From NCBI GenBank assembly GCA_964473285.1, contig CAYYOI010000001.1, positions 1,689-65,688 of the forward strand: DNA of 64,000 nt, given 5' to 3'. The stretch comes from an uncultured Methanosarcinales archaeon (GTDB lineage: Archaea > Nanobdellota > Nanobdellia > Woesearchaeales > JACJVW01). How positions within the stretch are numbered: the first letter of the stretch is position 1; each line of letters begins with the position of its first letter. Made by a program: the position numbers and the translations under genes. Shown here in pieces: positions 48,288 to 57,321 of the stretch. A model generated the notes under the pieces. That model saw only the letters and a list, made by a program, of their open reading frames with translations. It ran no database searches and had not been told where the DNA came from.

Positions 48288-49509
48288 ATAAGATCATCTG
48301 CTTTGATTTGATTGAAATCAGAAAAATCTTGTGGATCCTTTTTCCTGATACTATCAGGGATATTGGAAAGAAGACTTTTCCAGCTGGATTCATCAAGACC
48401 GTCCACTAAACTGCTGAATGAATCTCCCTCTTCATTCCTGTGGCAGTAATGCTTATACATCCTTGATACTGCCTTTAGCATTGCAAGATAGGCATCCTTA
48501 TTTGTCTCATCAGATACAGTCTTAGTTGTCGAAAGAGATTCACTGTCTATCCAGGCTACTGGTACTTTTGCTATGCATTCACTACGAATATGCTGGGCCT
48601 TTAGCATGAGTTCCAAGTCGAAAGCAAATTTTTTTTCTATCGTATCCTGAATAATATCAGTTGCAATATCGGCTTTAAATGCCTTAAATCCGCATTGAGA
48701 ATCAGTTATGTATCCTATCTCAGGAAGCATCCTTTTCCATAGATATATGAAAAGCTTACCTCGGTCATTTCTTTTTCCCTGTTTGAGAACTACAGAATCA
48801 TATTCCCTTCTTGATCCAATTGCCACATGGAAATTGTTATTATAGAACTTATCAACCAACAACCCAGTCTGTCCAAGATCGGTTGACAAGTCTGCATCAG
48901 TATATATTAGATAGTGATTCTCCTTTCTTTTTTGTAAGGCATACCACATGCCATAATGAATAGATCCCCCTTTATTGCTCTCATTGGTTCCAGCGAGGGT
49001 TTCGGTTGTGGGTTTTTTTCTCTTATAGCTTCTTCAAGATATAATACCTTAATGTTATCATAGCCCTTTTGATCAATAATCTTTTGGGCTAAACTCCCAC
49101 TGCCTCTTGGACAGCCATCATCTACCATAAGCAATTCCCATTGAACTTTATTATTTGAGTCAAATAGCCATTTTAACTGGTCATTTTTTACATTGATAAA
49201 ATCTTCCCCATCAGGATGCTCTTGCTTGCTTTTCATCCTGACATCCTCATGATACATGGCATGGATTACTGAGACGTGTATAGGGTTATCAATTCGTTTT
49301 ATTTTCTCCTTGGATTCTGCAAGTTTCATAGCAACATGAAAGAATAATGGGAAACCCTGATTATTAACATACTGTTTTATATCTGCTAAGGAATCAGTTT
49401 CAAGTATGTAATCCGCAAGTTTTCTTATGTTTGTCAATGTTGGTTCACAATGTATCATAGAGTCACTTGAACCTTTGTAGAATTCCTTTGCCCTTATATC
49501 CTCGACCAA
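48275..49509 (-). pseudogene. Family-2 glycosyltransferase (DPM1/GtrB-like) split into two frames by a 1-nt frameshift at an A7 homopolymer (plus-strand T7 at 49013-49019)
   Basis: Upstream frame '...MVDDGCPRGSG...LYLEEAIREKNPQP'. Downstream frame 'ESNKGGSIHYGMWYALQKRKENHYLIYTDADL...DSQCGFKAF'. Adding one A restores '...IREKKPTTETLAGTNESNKGG...'. Confidence 0.7.
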
Positions 49510-49729
49510 TTAAGTCGTTGAGCTATAAAATATATTGGCTTCAAACATAATTCTAGATTGTGAAAGAGTAGTTTATAAAACTATCTCATTAAATAACAAA
49601 TTCGATTATTAATTGACCCACCAGTTCTAGAATAGGTATTAGAGATGTATTGTTCGGATTTGTCAAAGGTTATTTTCAAAAAAAAATAGAAAAGCATCAT
49701 ATGATGCCTTCTTATACATTTTGTTGTAA

Positions 49730-50071
49730 TTATCTTTTCTTCCTTCGGAAGATAGATGTAAGTGTTGCACCGAATGCTGCGCCAACACCTGCTGCAACAA
49801 GTGCTGCCCTTTCAGGATTCTTCTTGACATTAGCTCTTGCTTTCTTCAGCTCTTCGTTTGTCTTCTCTTTTAGTTTTTGCATCTCTTTTTTAGCCTTTTC
49901 CTGAGCTTTAGCTATCTCTTTTCTTGCTTTTTCCTGAGCAGCCTGTACCCTTTTCTTTTCTGCTTCAGTCTTGCTAGCTTTCTTTGTTGCGGTTTTCTTA
50001 GTTGCCGCTTTCTTTGTTGCAGTTTTTTTGGTTTTAGCCTTTGGGCTAACTTTTGTTTTTTTTGCTACCAT
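49730..50071 (-). CDS. Lys/Ala-rich tail-anchored protein, DUF883/ElaB-YqjD-like
   Basis: N-terminal 'KKTATKKAATKKTATKKASK' and coiled-coil. A single C-terminal TM 'AALVAAGVGAAFGATLTSIF' then 'RRKKR'. Confidence 0.45.
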   Translation of the reverse strand: MVAKKTKVSPKAKTKKTATKKAATKKTATKKASKTEAEKKRVQAAQEKARKEIAKAQEKAKKEMQKLKEKTNEELKKARANVKKNPERAALVAAGVGAAFGATLTSIFRRKKR

Positions 50072-50075
50072 AAAA

Positions 50076-50414
50076 TCACCTCGATTTTTGTTTGAACAAC
50101 AGCACTGCTACCAGTGCCAGTAATCCAATAAACATGAATGACCAACCAAGGGTCAGGATTGTATAATCTGAAAGCAACAATACGAATGCAATAAGGATGA
50201 ATATTGTTGCAACAGTGAAGATCGTACCTGCATATAAGGTATTCAGAATCCTGTCTTCAGTGTCAAATATTGCCTGGCGAACCTGAGCAACAAAATCCTG
50301 CATCGAGTCCTTGAAAAGATTCAGGACAATCCCTGACCAGAAATCATGCTTTTCTTCTTTGGCTTTCTTTGCCATTTGTATAATCTTATTTCCCATATTT
50401 ATAAACATTTTCAT
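50076..50414 (-). CDS. Two-TM small membrane protein, YqjE/holin-X (DUF1469)-like
   Basis: 112 aa with an amphipathic N-terminus and two long hydrophobic helices. It is adjacent to the DUF883-like gene, as in the bacterial yqjD-yqjE arrangement. Confidence 0.4.
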   Translation of the reverse strand: MKMFINMGNKIIQMAKKAKEEKHDFWSGIVLNLFKDSMQDFVAQVRQAIFDTEDRILNTLYAGTIFTVATIFILIAFVLLLSDYTILTLGWSFMFIGLLALVAVLLFKQKSR

Positions 50415-50448
50415 TAAGCTTAAATAAAATCCATGAATCTAAGGTATT

Positions 50449-51549
50449 ATGTTCGTAAAGATAACAGAAAAAAAAGATTCATCATATATCCTGTTCGATG
50501 GATACAGAACAAGAAAAGCATCATGTGATGCTGATCTTTCCAAGGGAGAGATTGTATTCTTGGAAGGAAAGAAAGCAATAGACCTTGATTCAGCTATAAA
50601 GGCACGGATAATGGATATACCGGGGATGCATGAGGTATGCAAGACTCTCATAAAAGCTATGCTTGAAGGTAAACAGATCTTTCTTAGGCATCATGCAGAT
50701 GCTGATGGGATCTGCGGGGCATTATCTTTAGAAAGGGTTCTTCCGGTCAAGATGAGACTACAGTCAAGAAGACCTGCTTATGACGATTCAGTATTAAGAG
50801 AGATGGGCATGATGCAGAATGGGCTTGTTGTCCTTATTGATCATGGATCAACTCCTGACAGCCTATTTGCCCTTCAGGTGCTTGAAGAGGCAGGCATAGA
50901 TTACTGTATCATAGACCATCATAGGCCTGTTGCAAGGGAACTTTCACAACAGGTGAATTCCGAGGAGTACACTGCAGGCATGCTGGCTTTTGAGATTGCA
51001 CAGGTAATAAACCCAACAGAGGATTATACGCTGCCTGCGATATCAGGTATAGGAGATAAGTCTCCTGTGAGAATCTATGCTGATAAATGCGGCAAAAATG
51101 ATGAAGAGCTCAAGCAATATGCACTTGCCCTTGATTTCATGGCGTTCATGGGGGGAAAAAGCTACCTGCAGATAATACGAAACAAAGGGCTTGCAAGAAC
51201 AATGGCCCTTGAAGCTGAAGACAGGATAAATGTATTCCTTGCCTCCGCAGAGATAAAAGAGGAAAAGATAGGAGATGTCACAGCCGTAAAGGTAGATCTT
51301 CAAGGTCTTGAGAGGAGGTTCCCTAATGCAGGCAAGATAGTTGGTCATCTTCTTACACGTTATGAGGAAGCTTTTGTCATGGGGGTGCTTGAGGACCATA
51401 TAATAATAAGGTCAAATGCAGGACCAGATATACAGGCGATAGTCGAAAAACTTGAGTTAAATGGGGGAGGCCACGCAAGGGCAGGAACAATACATTTTGA
51501 ATCAGGCAGGAGTGAATTGATTATAAAAAGAATAAAGGGATTATTCTAG
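50449..51549 (+). CDS. DHH/DHHA1 phosphoesterase (NrnA/RecJ-like)
   Basis: 'HHADADGICGA', 'IDHHRP' (DHH) and 'NGGGHARAG' (the DHHA1 GGGH motif). Confidence 0.8.
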   Translation: MFVKITEKKDSSYILFDGYRTRKASCDADLSKGEIVFLEGKKAIDLDSAIKARIMDIPGMHEVCKTLIKAMLEGKQIFLRHHADADGICGALSLERVLPVKMRLQSRRPAYDDSVLREMGMMQNGLVVLIDHGSTPDSLFALQVLEEAGIDYCIIDHHRPVARELSQQVNSEEYTAGMLAFEIAQVINPTEDYTLPAISGIGDKSPVRIYADKCGKNDEELKQYALALDFMAFMGGKSYLQIIRNKGLARTMALEAEDRINVFLASAEIKEEKIGDVTAVKVDLQGLERRFPNAGKIVGHLLTRYEEAFVMGVLEDHIIIRSNAGPDIQAIVEKLELNGGGHARAGTIHFESGRSELIIKRIKGLF

Positions 51550-54141
51550 GTAAGGCCTGAGCTTTTGGCGGTATAACAAGGGATAATTTTTCAAGACTCT
51601 TGATACTGCTTCTTTTAGCAGATGTTTTGGATAATGGCGCATAGATAGTATTTTCATTACAACCTCTGGTTTGCGAAGGTCAAACTGCGATATTATTGCC
51701 ACCAACTGGCTTATGTAAAATTCGTCAACTTTTCTTTGGGCTTCTTCAAAGGATTTCTCAACAATCTTTTCTTTCCAACCGCTTTGCAGCATCTGGGACT
51801 TTATCCGGGAGGGGTCATATCCTTGCATCAGGTTCTGCTGGATATACCCTACCAACCGGAGATTTGCCTGAGGAGGGCTTACTAAGCCTATCTTCTCCAG
51901 ATATGGTTCTATGTAAGGCTCATCGCGCATATAATATAGCGCACCTCCACCAACAAGCAATACCACGATTATTATTCCAATAATCAAGAATGAGCCTAAG
52001 TTGCCTGGCTCTTCTATTTCTGGTTCTGTTTCACAAGGGTCACAGGGACCCCCGCAATCAACATCTTCTTCGCCCTGGTTCTGGACATCATCATAACAGG
52101 AGGGTTCTTCTTCGCAAGGGTCACAGGGACCCCCGCAATCAACACCTTCTTCGCCCTGGTTCTGGACATCATCATGACAGGAGGGTTCTTCTTCGCAAGG
52201 GTCACAAGGGCCACCGCAATCAACATCTTCCTCGTCTGAATCCTGGATACCATTATCACAGGAATCACATGACCTTTCCTCATCCGGTCTGGCATTGTTA
52301 CACCCATTAAGATCTGTGCATTCCCTATACTGTGTGCTTGCTTCACATTCTGACCATTCAGTGCAATTCCAGTCCGGTTCGCAGGTGCATTGACCGCAGT
52401 CATCAGGGCAAGTGCTGCAATTCTCGATGGAATCACAGGTCCCATCCCCACAGAAGAAATTATATTCAACTTCTATCTCCCCTGAATAATTATAAGGCTC
52501 GAGATCCAGTGTAGTGTTACAGGTGATGTTATAGGAAAAATTTCCGGTCTCATTGAATGTGTGTGAGTGATAGAATGTATCATCAGTCTCCATCCTGAAT
52601 GTCTTATTGCCAAGAGTGAAATGGCATGAGCCGTTGTAATCGGAAAATAGCTTATCATAATAGCGATAATCTGCAAAAAATAAGATCGGTTCTTGTGCAT
52701 ATGCACTATCGTTTACTGTTATGTTAAAAGAAGTCTTTTCAACAAGCTCATATTCTGTCAGGTACTTTGCCCTGAACCTGAAATCCTCACCTTCTTCCTC
52801 TATAAGAACCTGGTTCATACATTCACCTATACATGGCTCATCTTCTCTTAGAAGACCAGGATCATCAAAATCATTGCTATAGAATGTTATCTCAGGCCAT
52901 GGTTCAAGATCATGAAGCCTTTCGATTGTTACATCAAGATAATGCTTTTCAAGTGTTATTCCTTCATCAAGATTCAAACCTGTGAAATTGATGCATATAT
53001 TGGTAAGGTTTATCATGCCTATACCTGTTATCTCAAGAAGGGCATCGCATTCATTGGAAGCATCCCAATAAGTCAGGTTTGTTGTAGAACCATTGAATTT
53101 ATTGTAGATAGGATCATTATCTTTTTCTTTACTTGATGTCTGAATATCAAAATAAACCTCAGGTGAATTCATTACGACATCAAAGCAATATACAGGGATA
53201 TTATAATCGCTTTGAGGTGATAATCCTGTTATTGTTACCAGGTGGGTCTTTCCCATTTTAAGGATGTCAGTGAAATTTGATCCAGAAACAAATTTATAAT
53301 GCTCATAAGCATCCTGAAAATCCATATCCGGTACATCTTCCTGACTATAGCCTGGCCTTATCTCATATATATTCTGCTTAAGACGTCCATAGCAAGGCTC
53401 ATCTGTCCTGAAACGGAGTGTCACATTGGTTGGGTTAGTCTCATAGGTTTCAAGGTTTGTTATCTCTGGTTCTTTCTTATCGATTATGCTAATATTTACA
53501 TCCTTCTTTATCTCTTCGTATTGATTTGAAGCAGTTATTGTTGTAACGAAATGACTTATAGTCTTTGTATAATCATCGGGAGGTGTCCATGTCCCAGGTC
53601 TCTGAAAAGGACTGTCAAAAGAAAGGGTGGCATTACCTGAAAAATTATATGAAAGCACCAATTCCTCTCCTTCATATCCATACACATGTTTCCTTACTGA
53701 AAGATTTATGGGATAAGGAGACTCAACAGTAACATCCATGTAGGTTTGGTTGGAAAGGCCCTGCGGGTCTGTAACAGTAAAGACTATTGTCTCTGTTCCA
53801 ACCCATTCGGGTGCTGTGATTGTTGCATTGTTCCCATTCATCTCCAGTTCAAGGTTCTGAGTTTCTGCATCCCACATGAGGTCTGAATCAGGGGATTGGG
53901 AATCATAGACATAATCATCCAGATCAATTGTTACTGACTCTCCAAAAGAGAGGGTTGCTCCGGTTATGTTGATGACCTTAGGTGCCGTATTATTAGTGGA
54001 GTTTTGGACTGCAAAACCAGTAGGATGGGTTACAGATTGTAATGAAAGAACGAATATGAAGAGTCCTGCAAGTATTATAACTACTGAGAACAGGGTGAAT
54101 GGGTCCCTTTTCTGTTCCACAAGTTCTTCTAGGCTAGCCAT
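51541..54141 (-). CDS. Bitopic/ditopic membrane protein with a large extracytoplasmic region ending in tandem Cys-rich 27-aa repeats, a second TM and a ~150-aa cytoplasmic C-terminal domain
   Basis: N-terminal TM 'LFSVVIILAGLFIFVLSL'. Repeats 'CGGPCDPCEEEPSC(H/Y)DDVQNQGEE(G/D)VD'. TM 'FLIIGIIIVVLLVGGGALYY'. Confidence 0.65.
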   Translation of the reverse strand: MASLEELVEQKRDPFTLFSVVIILAGLFIFVLSLQSVTHPTGFAVQNSTNNTAPKVINITGATLSFGESVTIDLDDYVYDSQSPDSDLMWDAETQNLELEMNGNNATITAPEWVGTETIVFTVTDPQGLSNQTYMDVTVESPYPINLSVRKHVYGYEGEELVLSYNFSGNATLSFDSPFQRPGTWTPPDDYTKTISHFVTTITASNQYEEIKKDVNISIIDKKEPEITNLETYETNPTNVTLRFRTDEPCYGRLKQNIYEIRPGYSQEDVPDMDFQDAYEHYKFVSGSNFTDILKMGKTHLVTITGLSPQSDYNIPVYCFDVVMNSPEVYFDIQTSSKEKDNDPIYNKFNGSTTNLTYWDASNECDALLEITGIGMINLTNICINFTGLNLDEGITLEKHYLDVTIERLHDLEPWPEITFYSNDFDDPGLLREDEPCIGECMNQVLIEEEGEDFRFRAKYLTEYELVEKTSFNITVNDSAYAQEPILFFADYRYYDKLFSDYNGSCHFTLGNKTFRMETDDTFYHSHTFNETGNFSYNITCNTTLDLEPYNYSGEIEVEYNFFCGDGTCDSIENCSTCPDDCGQCTCEPDWNCTEWSECEASTQYRECTDLNGCNNARPDEERSCDSCDNGIQDSDEEDVDCGGPCDPCEEEPSCHDDVQNQGEEGVDCGGPCDPCEEEPSCYDDVQNQGEEDVDCGGPCDPCETEPEIEEPGNLGSFLIIGIIIVVLLVGGGALYYMRDEPYIEPYLEKIGLVSPPQANLRLVGYIQQNLMQGYDPSRIKSQMLQSGWKEKIVEKSFEEAQRKVDEFYISQLVAIISQFDLRKPEVVMKILSMRHYPKHLLKEAVSRVLKNYPLLYRQKLRPYLE
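52034..52250 (-). repeat. Near-identical 81-nt tandem repeat (about 2.5 units) encoding the Cys-rich 27-aa module
   Basis: Units start at about 52034, 52115 and 52196, with only a few mismatches between the first two. Confidence 0.85.
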
Positions 54142-54517
54142 TTAGTATCATATCAACCTTCAGATCGTCTGCTTTTGCTCTAAGATTATTTGCAAGGTCA
54201 TTGAGTTCTTTCTTGCCTTTACATTGCACAAAAAGGATAAGATTGTAGTCACCTGTGGTCTCGAGTTTCCGGATAATGGATGGATGAGATATCGATTGAG
54301 AGGCCTTAAGATATATTATAGCTTCAAGAAGACCAAGTTTTTCAGTATCGATGAGTGTTGTATATCCTTTGATGATGTTTTCCTTTTCAAGACGCTTGAT
54401 GCGATTCAGTATGGTGACGCTTGAGACTCCAAGGTGGGATGCGATCTCCTTGTAGGTTAGACGGCCGTTAGCCTGCAATAATTCCAGAATTTGTTCATCC
54501 ACAGTATCAGGAGCCAT
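54134..54517 (-). CDS. Lrp/AsnC-family transcriptional regulator
   Basis: HTH 'LTYKEIASHLGVSSVTILNRIKRLEKENII' plus a C-terminal RAM domain. Confidence 0.85.
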   Translation of the reverse strand: MAPDTVDEQILELLQANGRLTYKEIASHLGVSSVTILNRIKRLEKENIIKGYTTLIDTEKLGLLEAIIYLKASQSISHPSIIRKLETTGDYNLILFVQCKGKKELNDLANNLRAKADDLKVDMILNG

Positions 54518-54721
54518 GATTTAGGATTGATTTGCATTTAGAACTTTATAAATCTTACTGTCTCTGATTAATTTAATTAATTATTTCCTTTTTATTATTA
54601 TCTAAGTTAATTTTTTAATTTAATTTTTAATTTTATTAATTTTTAGAAGAATTTAGTTAATAATAACAAGTATTAATGAATAAAATAGAAAGATAATTAA
54701 GTCCAGAGAGAGAGATTCGAT
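54518..54721. promoter_or_regulatory. Extremely AT-rich spacer of about 200 bp between the ABC permease and the Lrp gene. Likely Lrp promoter/operator region.
   Basis: 'ttaattaattatttcctttttattattatctaagttaattttttaatttaatttttaattttattaatttttag...'. Confidence 0.35.
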
Positions 54722-55513
54722 TTAAAGGCGTTCAACTATCAGGTTTCCAGACTCGTACCTTCGTAAACCATAGTTGAATAAGGATATTGATACGACTAAG
54801 AAGACCAGCACTACAGTAATTAGCATCATGAACCAGAAAAGGTCAAAAGAGGCAATTAATTCAACAGGGATGCCTGTGACAAAGCCTGCAGGGATGATTG
54901 TCAAGAGAATCAATTTGGCAAAGCCTCCGAAAATGGAAAGAGGGTAGGTTGTAAATGTGATTAATCCCATCACCATGTTTCTTTCAAGAGAACGGGAAGA
55001 CCCGAGAAAGAAACCCATGGAACCGACCAGTATACAGAAACTTAATGTGAGGATCGCACCCAGTACTGTTACCAGCAGGAAAAGAGGGACATCATTCAGG
55101 TCGATTGCAAAAAAGGCAAGGATTATTCCAAAAATAAGGTCACCTAATGCTCCTAGTGGAAACCGACTGACCAGAGCATGCAATAAGGGATTAACTGGAA
55201 TGGCAAGGTAAAAATCCAGAGCTCCCTGTTCTATCATTGTTGCAAGATGACCGCGGTTTCCAAAAAAGATACCGCTCAGCCCCCATGAGATAGTGGCGAC
55301 AGCATACAATTGCAGGATGTTGTGAAAGTTCCATCCCTGGATACTGTCAAATTTTGTTAGGATGATGTACCAAAAGAAGATCCATACTACATTATTGACC
55401 ATCATCCCAACTACAGCTATGAAAAAGTTGGTCCGGTATTCAAGGGCACTGGAAAGGTTATTCTTGAAATACCACCAGACTACCTGTGCATTCTTTATTA
55501 TGTCAGCCGCCAT
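54722..55513 (-). CDS. ABC-2-type transporter permease
   Basis: Six TM helices. Start and stop are coupled with the neighbouring permease. Confidence 0.65.
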   Translation of the reverse strand: MAADIIKNAQVVWWYFKNNLSSALEYRTNFFIAVVGMMVNNVVWIFFWYIILTKFDSIQGWNFHNILQLYAVATISWGLSGIFFGNRGHLATMIEQGALDFYLAIPVNPLLHALVSRFPLGALGDLIFGIILAFFAIDLNDVPLFLLVTVLGAILTLSFCILVGSMGFFLGSSRSLERNMVMGLITFTTYPLSIFGGFAKLILLTIIPAGFVTGIPVELIASFDLFWFMMLITVVLVFLVVSISLFNYGLRRYESGNLIVERL

Positions 55514-56300
55514 GTATCTGTACCTTTTTTGAGGCCTTTACATAGATCAAGGTTATGATAAGTATGAGTATGCACCCCCAGAAAAACTGGAGGATCAAGG
55601 CTTTTGTGAATAGATCTGCAGTGAAGTTGACGAAAAGACGAGCTGGGAAATACGGGACTGTTGCAAAGGGAAGGCTAAGAGATAGTTTTTCAAGCCAGCC
55701 GGGATAGAATTCAAGAGGGATCAGCATGCCTCCAAGAGTAAATATTATTTTTGAATATATCAACTGGAAGCTTTTAGTATCCTCAAACCAAAAGGCAAGC
55801 AGCCCGATTATAACAAAGAAAAGAAAATTCAGGGATATGGCTGCAAGAATAATTATAGGCACCAGGATCGTTGCTGGTGAAAGGTTTATTGGTCCGACAA
55901 AGAGAAGAGTGATGATTGCTCCAGTTAGGAATGCCACAAAAAAACGCATGAAAGCCCTTCCAATATACTGGGAATACTTGAACAGGACATAATTATAGGG
56001 TTTATTCAGACTATAGGCAAGATGCCCGCTCTTGACTTCCTGAGATATCTCGTCAGCCACCCTTGAATCTGAGAATATTATAGATTCTGACATGACAAGA
56101 TACCATATCATCATGGGAAGGGTGAAGCCGTCTATGACTGAGCCACCTCCATAGATAGTGGTCCATAGACTGATGAATACAAACATGAGAATTGCCATGA
56201 AAAAAGAAGAGCCTACAAAATCCATAACATAGGCAAGGCTGTTCATCCAGGTGGTCCTGACCACATAGCAATACTTAGTTAGTTCCATAAATATCCTCAA
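55503..56300 (-). CDS. ABC-2-type transporter permease
   Basis: Six TM helices. Confidence 0.65.
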   Translation of the reverse strand: MRIFMELTKYCYVVRTTWMNSLAYVMDFVGSSFFMAILMFVFISLWTTIYGGGSVIDGFTLPMMIWYLVMSESIIFSDSRVADEISQEVKSGHLAYSLNKPYNYVLFKYSQYIGRAFMRFFVAFLTGAIITLLFVGPINLSPATILVPIIILAAISLNFLFFVIIGLLAFWFEDTKSFQLIYSKIIFTLGGMLIPLEFYPGWLEKLSLSLPFATVPYFPARLFVNFTADLFTKALILQFFWGCILILIITLIYVKASKKVQIHGG

Positions 56301-57252
56301 TGATATCCTCTATTGGAGGATTTGCAATGTTGAGATCTATTATTGAGAATTTCTCTGTCAGGTCCTGCAGCAGGGACTTTATTGTGCGCTTGCTTGTGTC
56401 AAGCTCTAGTTTGAAGGAAAACTTTGCTTTCTTGAGTATCCTTGTGTGCTTAAGCTTCACAGAACTAACCGCGTGATCACAAAGAACTGATATTATCTTC
56501 CTGTTGAGGTAGTTCTGGCGCATATCCTTGATTGAACCTTCATAAACAATCTTACCGTGATTTATGATGAATATGCGTTTGCAGATCTTGTCAATATCCT
56601 GCATGTCATGACTGGTTAATATTATACTCAATTTCTCTTTCTTGTTGATATCTTTTATGAAAGAACGGATCCTTTTCTTTGTGGTTATGTCAAGACCAAT
56701 ACTGGGTTCGTCCAGAAACAGTATTCGAGGCTTATGGAGAAGAGATGCAACTATCTCTGCGCGCATTCTTTGACCCAAAGAAAGCTTTCTGACAGAAGTA
56801 TGCAAGAATTCCTCCAGTTGGAAGTATGACACCAGTTCTTTTAGCCTTTTATGATATTCTTTCTGATCCAGCTCATAGATGCGGGAAAACAGGTCAAATG
56901 TGTCGATAGCAGGAAGATGATACCATAACTGAGGCTTTTGTCCGAAAACAGTCCCTACCTGGAATGCCAGTTTCTTTCGTTCCTTTGCAGGATTAAGGCC
57001 GTTAACCCTCAATGTACCCTTATCACTATGGAGAATTCCGGTGAGCATCTTAAGCGTGGTGGACTTCCCGGCGCCATTTGGGCCTATGAGGGCTACCAGT
57101 TCTCCTTCCTTTATCGAGAAGGAGATGTTGTCAACAGCTTTGACGTGATTGTATTGTGGCTTTACAAAGGATTTAACGCTGCCCAGTAGACCCGGTGCCT
57201 TCTGCTTGGCACGGAAATGCTTAGTCAATCCATCTACATGAATGCCTTTCAT
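56275..57252 (-). CDS. ABC transporter ATP-binding protein
   Basis: Walker A 'LIGPNGAGKSTT', signature 'LSLGQRMRAEIV', Walker B 'ILFLDEPSIGLD'. Confidence 0.9.
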   Translation of the reverse strand: MKGIHVDGLTKHFRAKQKAPGLLGSVKSFVKPQYNHVKAVDNISFSIKEGELVALIGPNGAGKSTTLKMLTGILHSDKGTLRVNGLNPAKERKKLAFQVGTVFGQKPQLWYHLPAIDTFDLFSRIYELDQKEYHKRLKELVSYFQLEEFLHTSVRKLSLGQRMRAEIVASLLHKPRILFLDEPSIGLDITTKKRIRSFIKDINKKEKLSIILTSHDMQDIDKICKRIFIINHGKIVYEGSIKDMRQNYLNRKIISVLCDHAVSSVKLKHTRILKKAKFSFKLELDTSKRTIKSLLQDLTEKFSIIDLNIANPPIEDIIEDIYGTN

Positions 57253-57321
57253 GGAAATCGAATAGGAGTTGGAGATTTAAAAAGCTTTTTAAGAGAATCT
57301 GAAAGATCTCCGCACTTATGA

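Noticed and set aside
51990-52469. Alternative-frame ORFs (51990..52310 plus strand, 52014..52469 minus strand) rich in His/Arg/Pro.
   Set aside because: They lie entirely within the 81-nt repeat region of gene 51541..54141 and are out-of-frame readings of the repeats.
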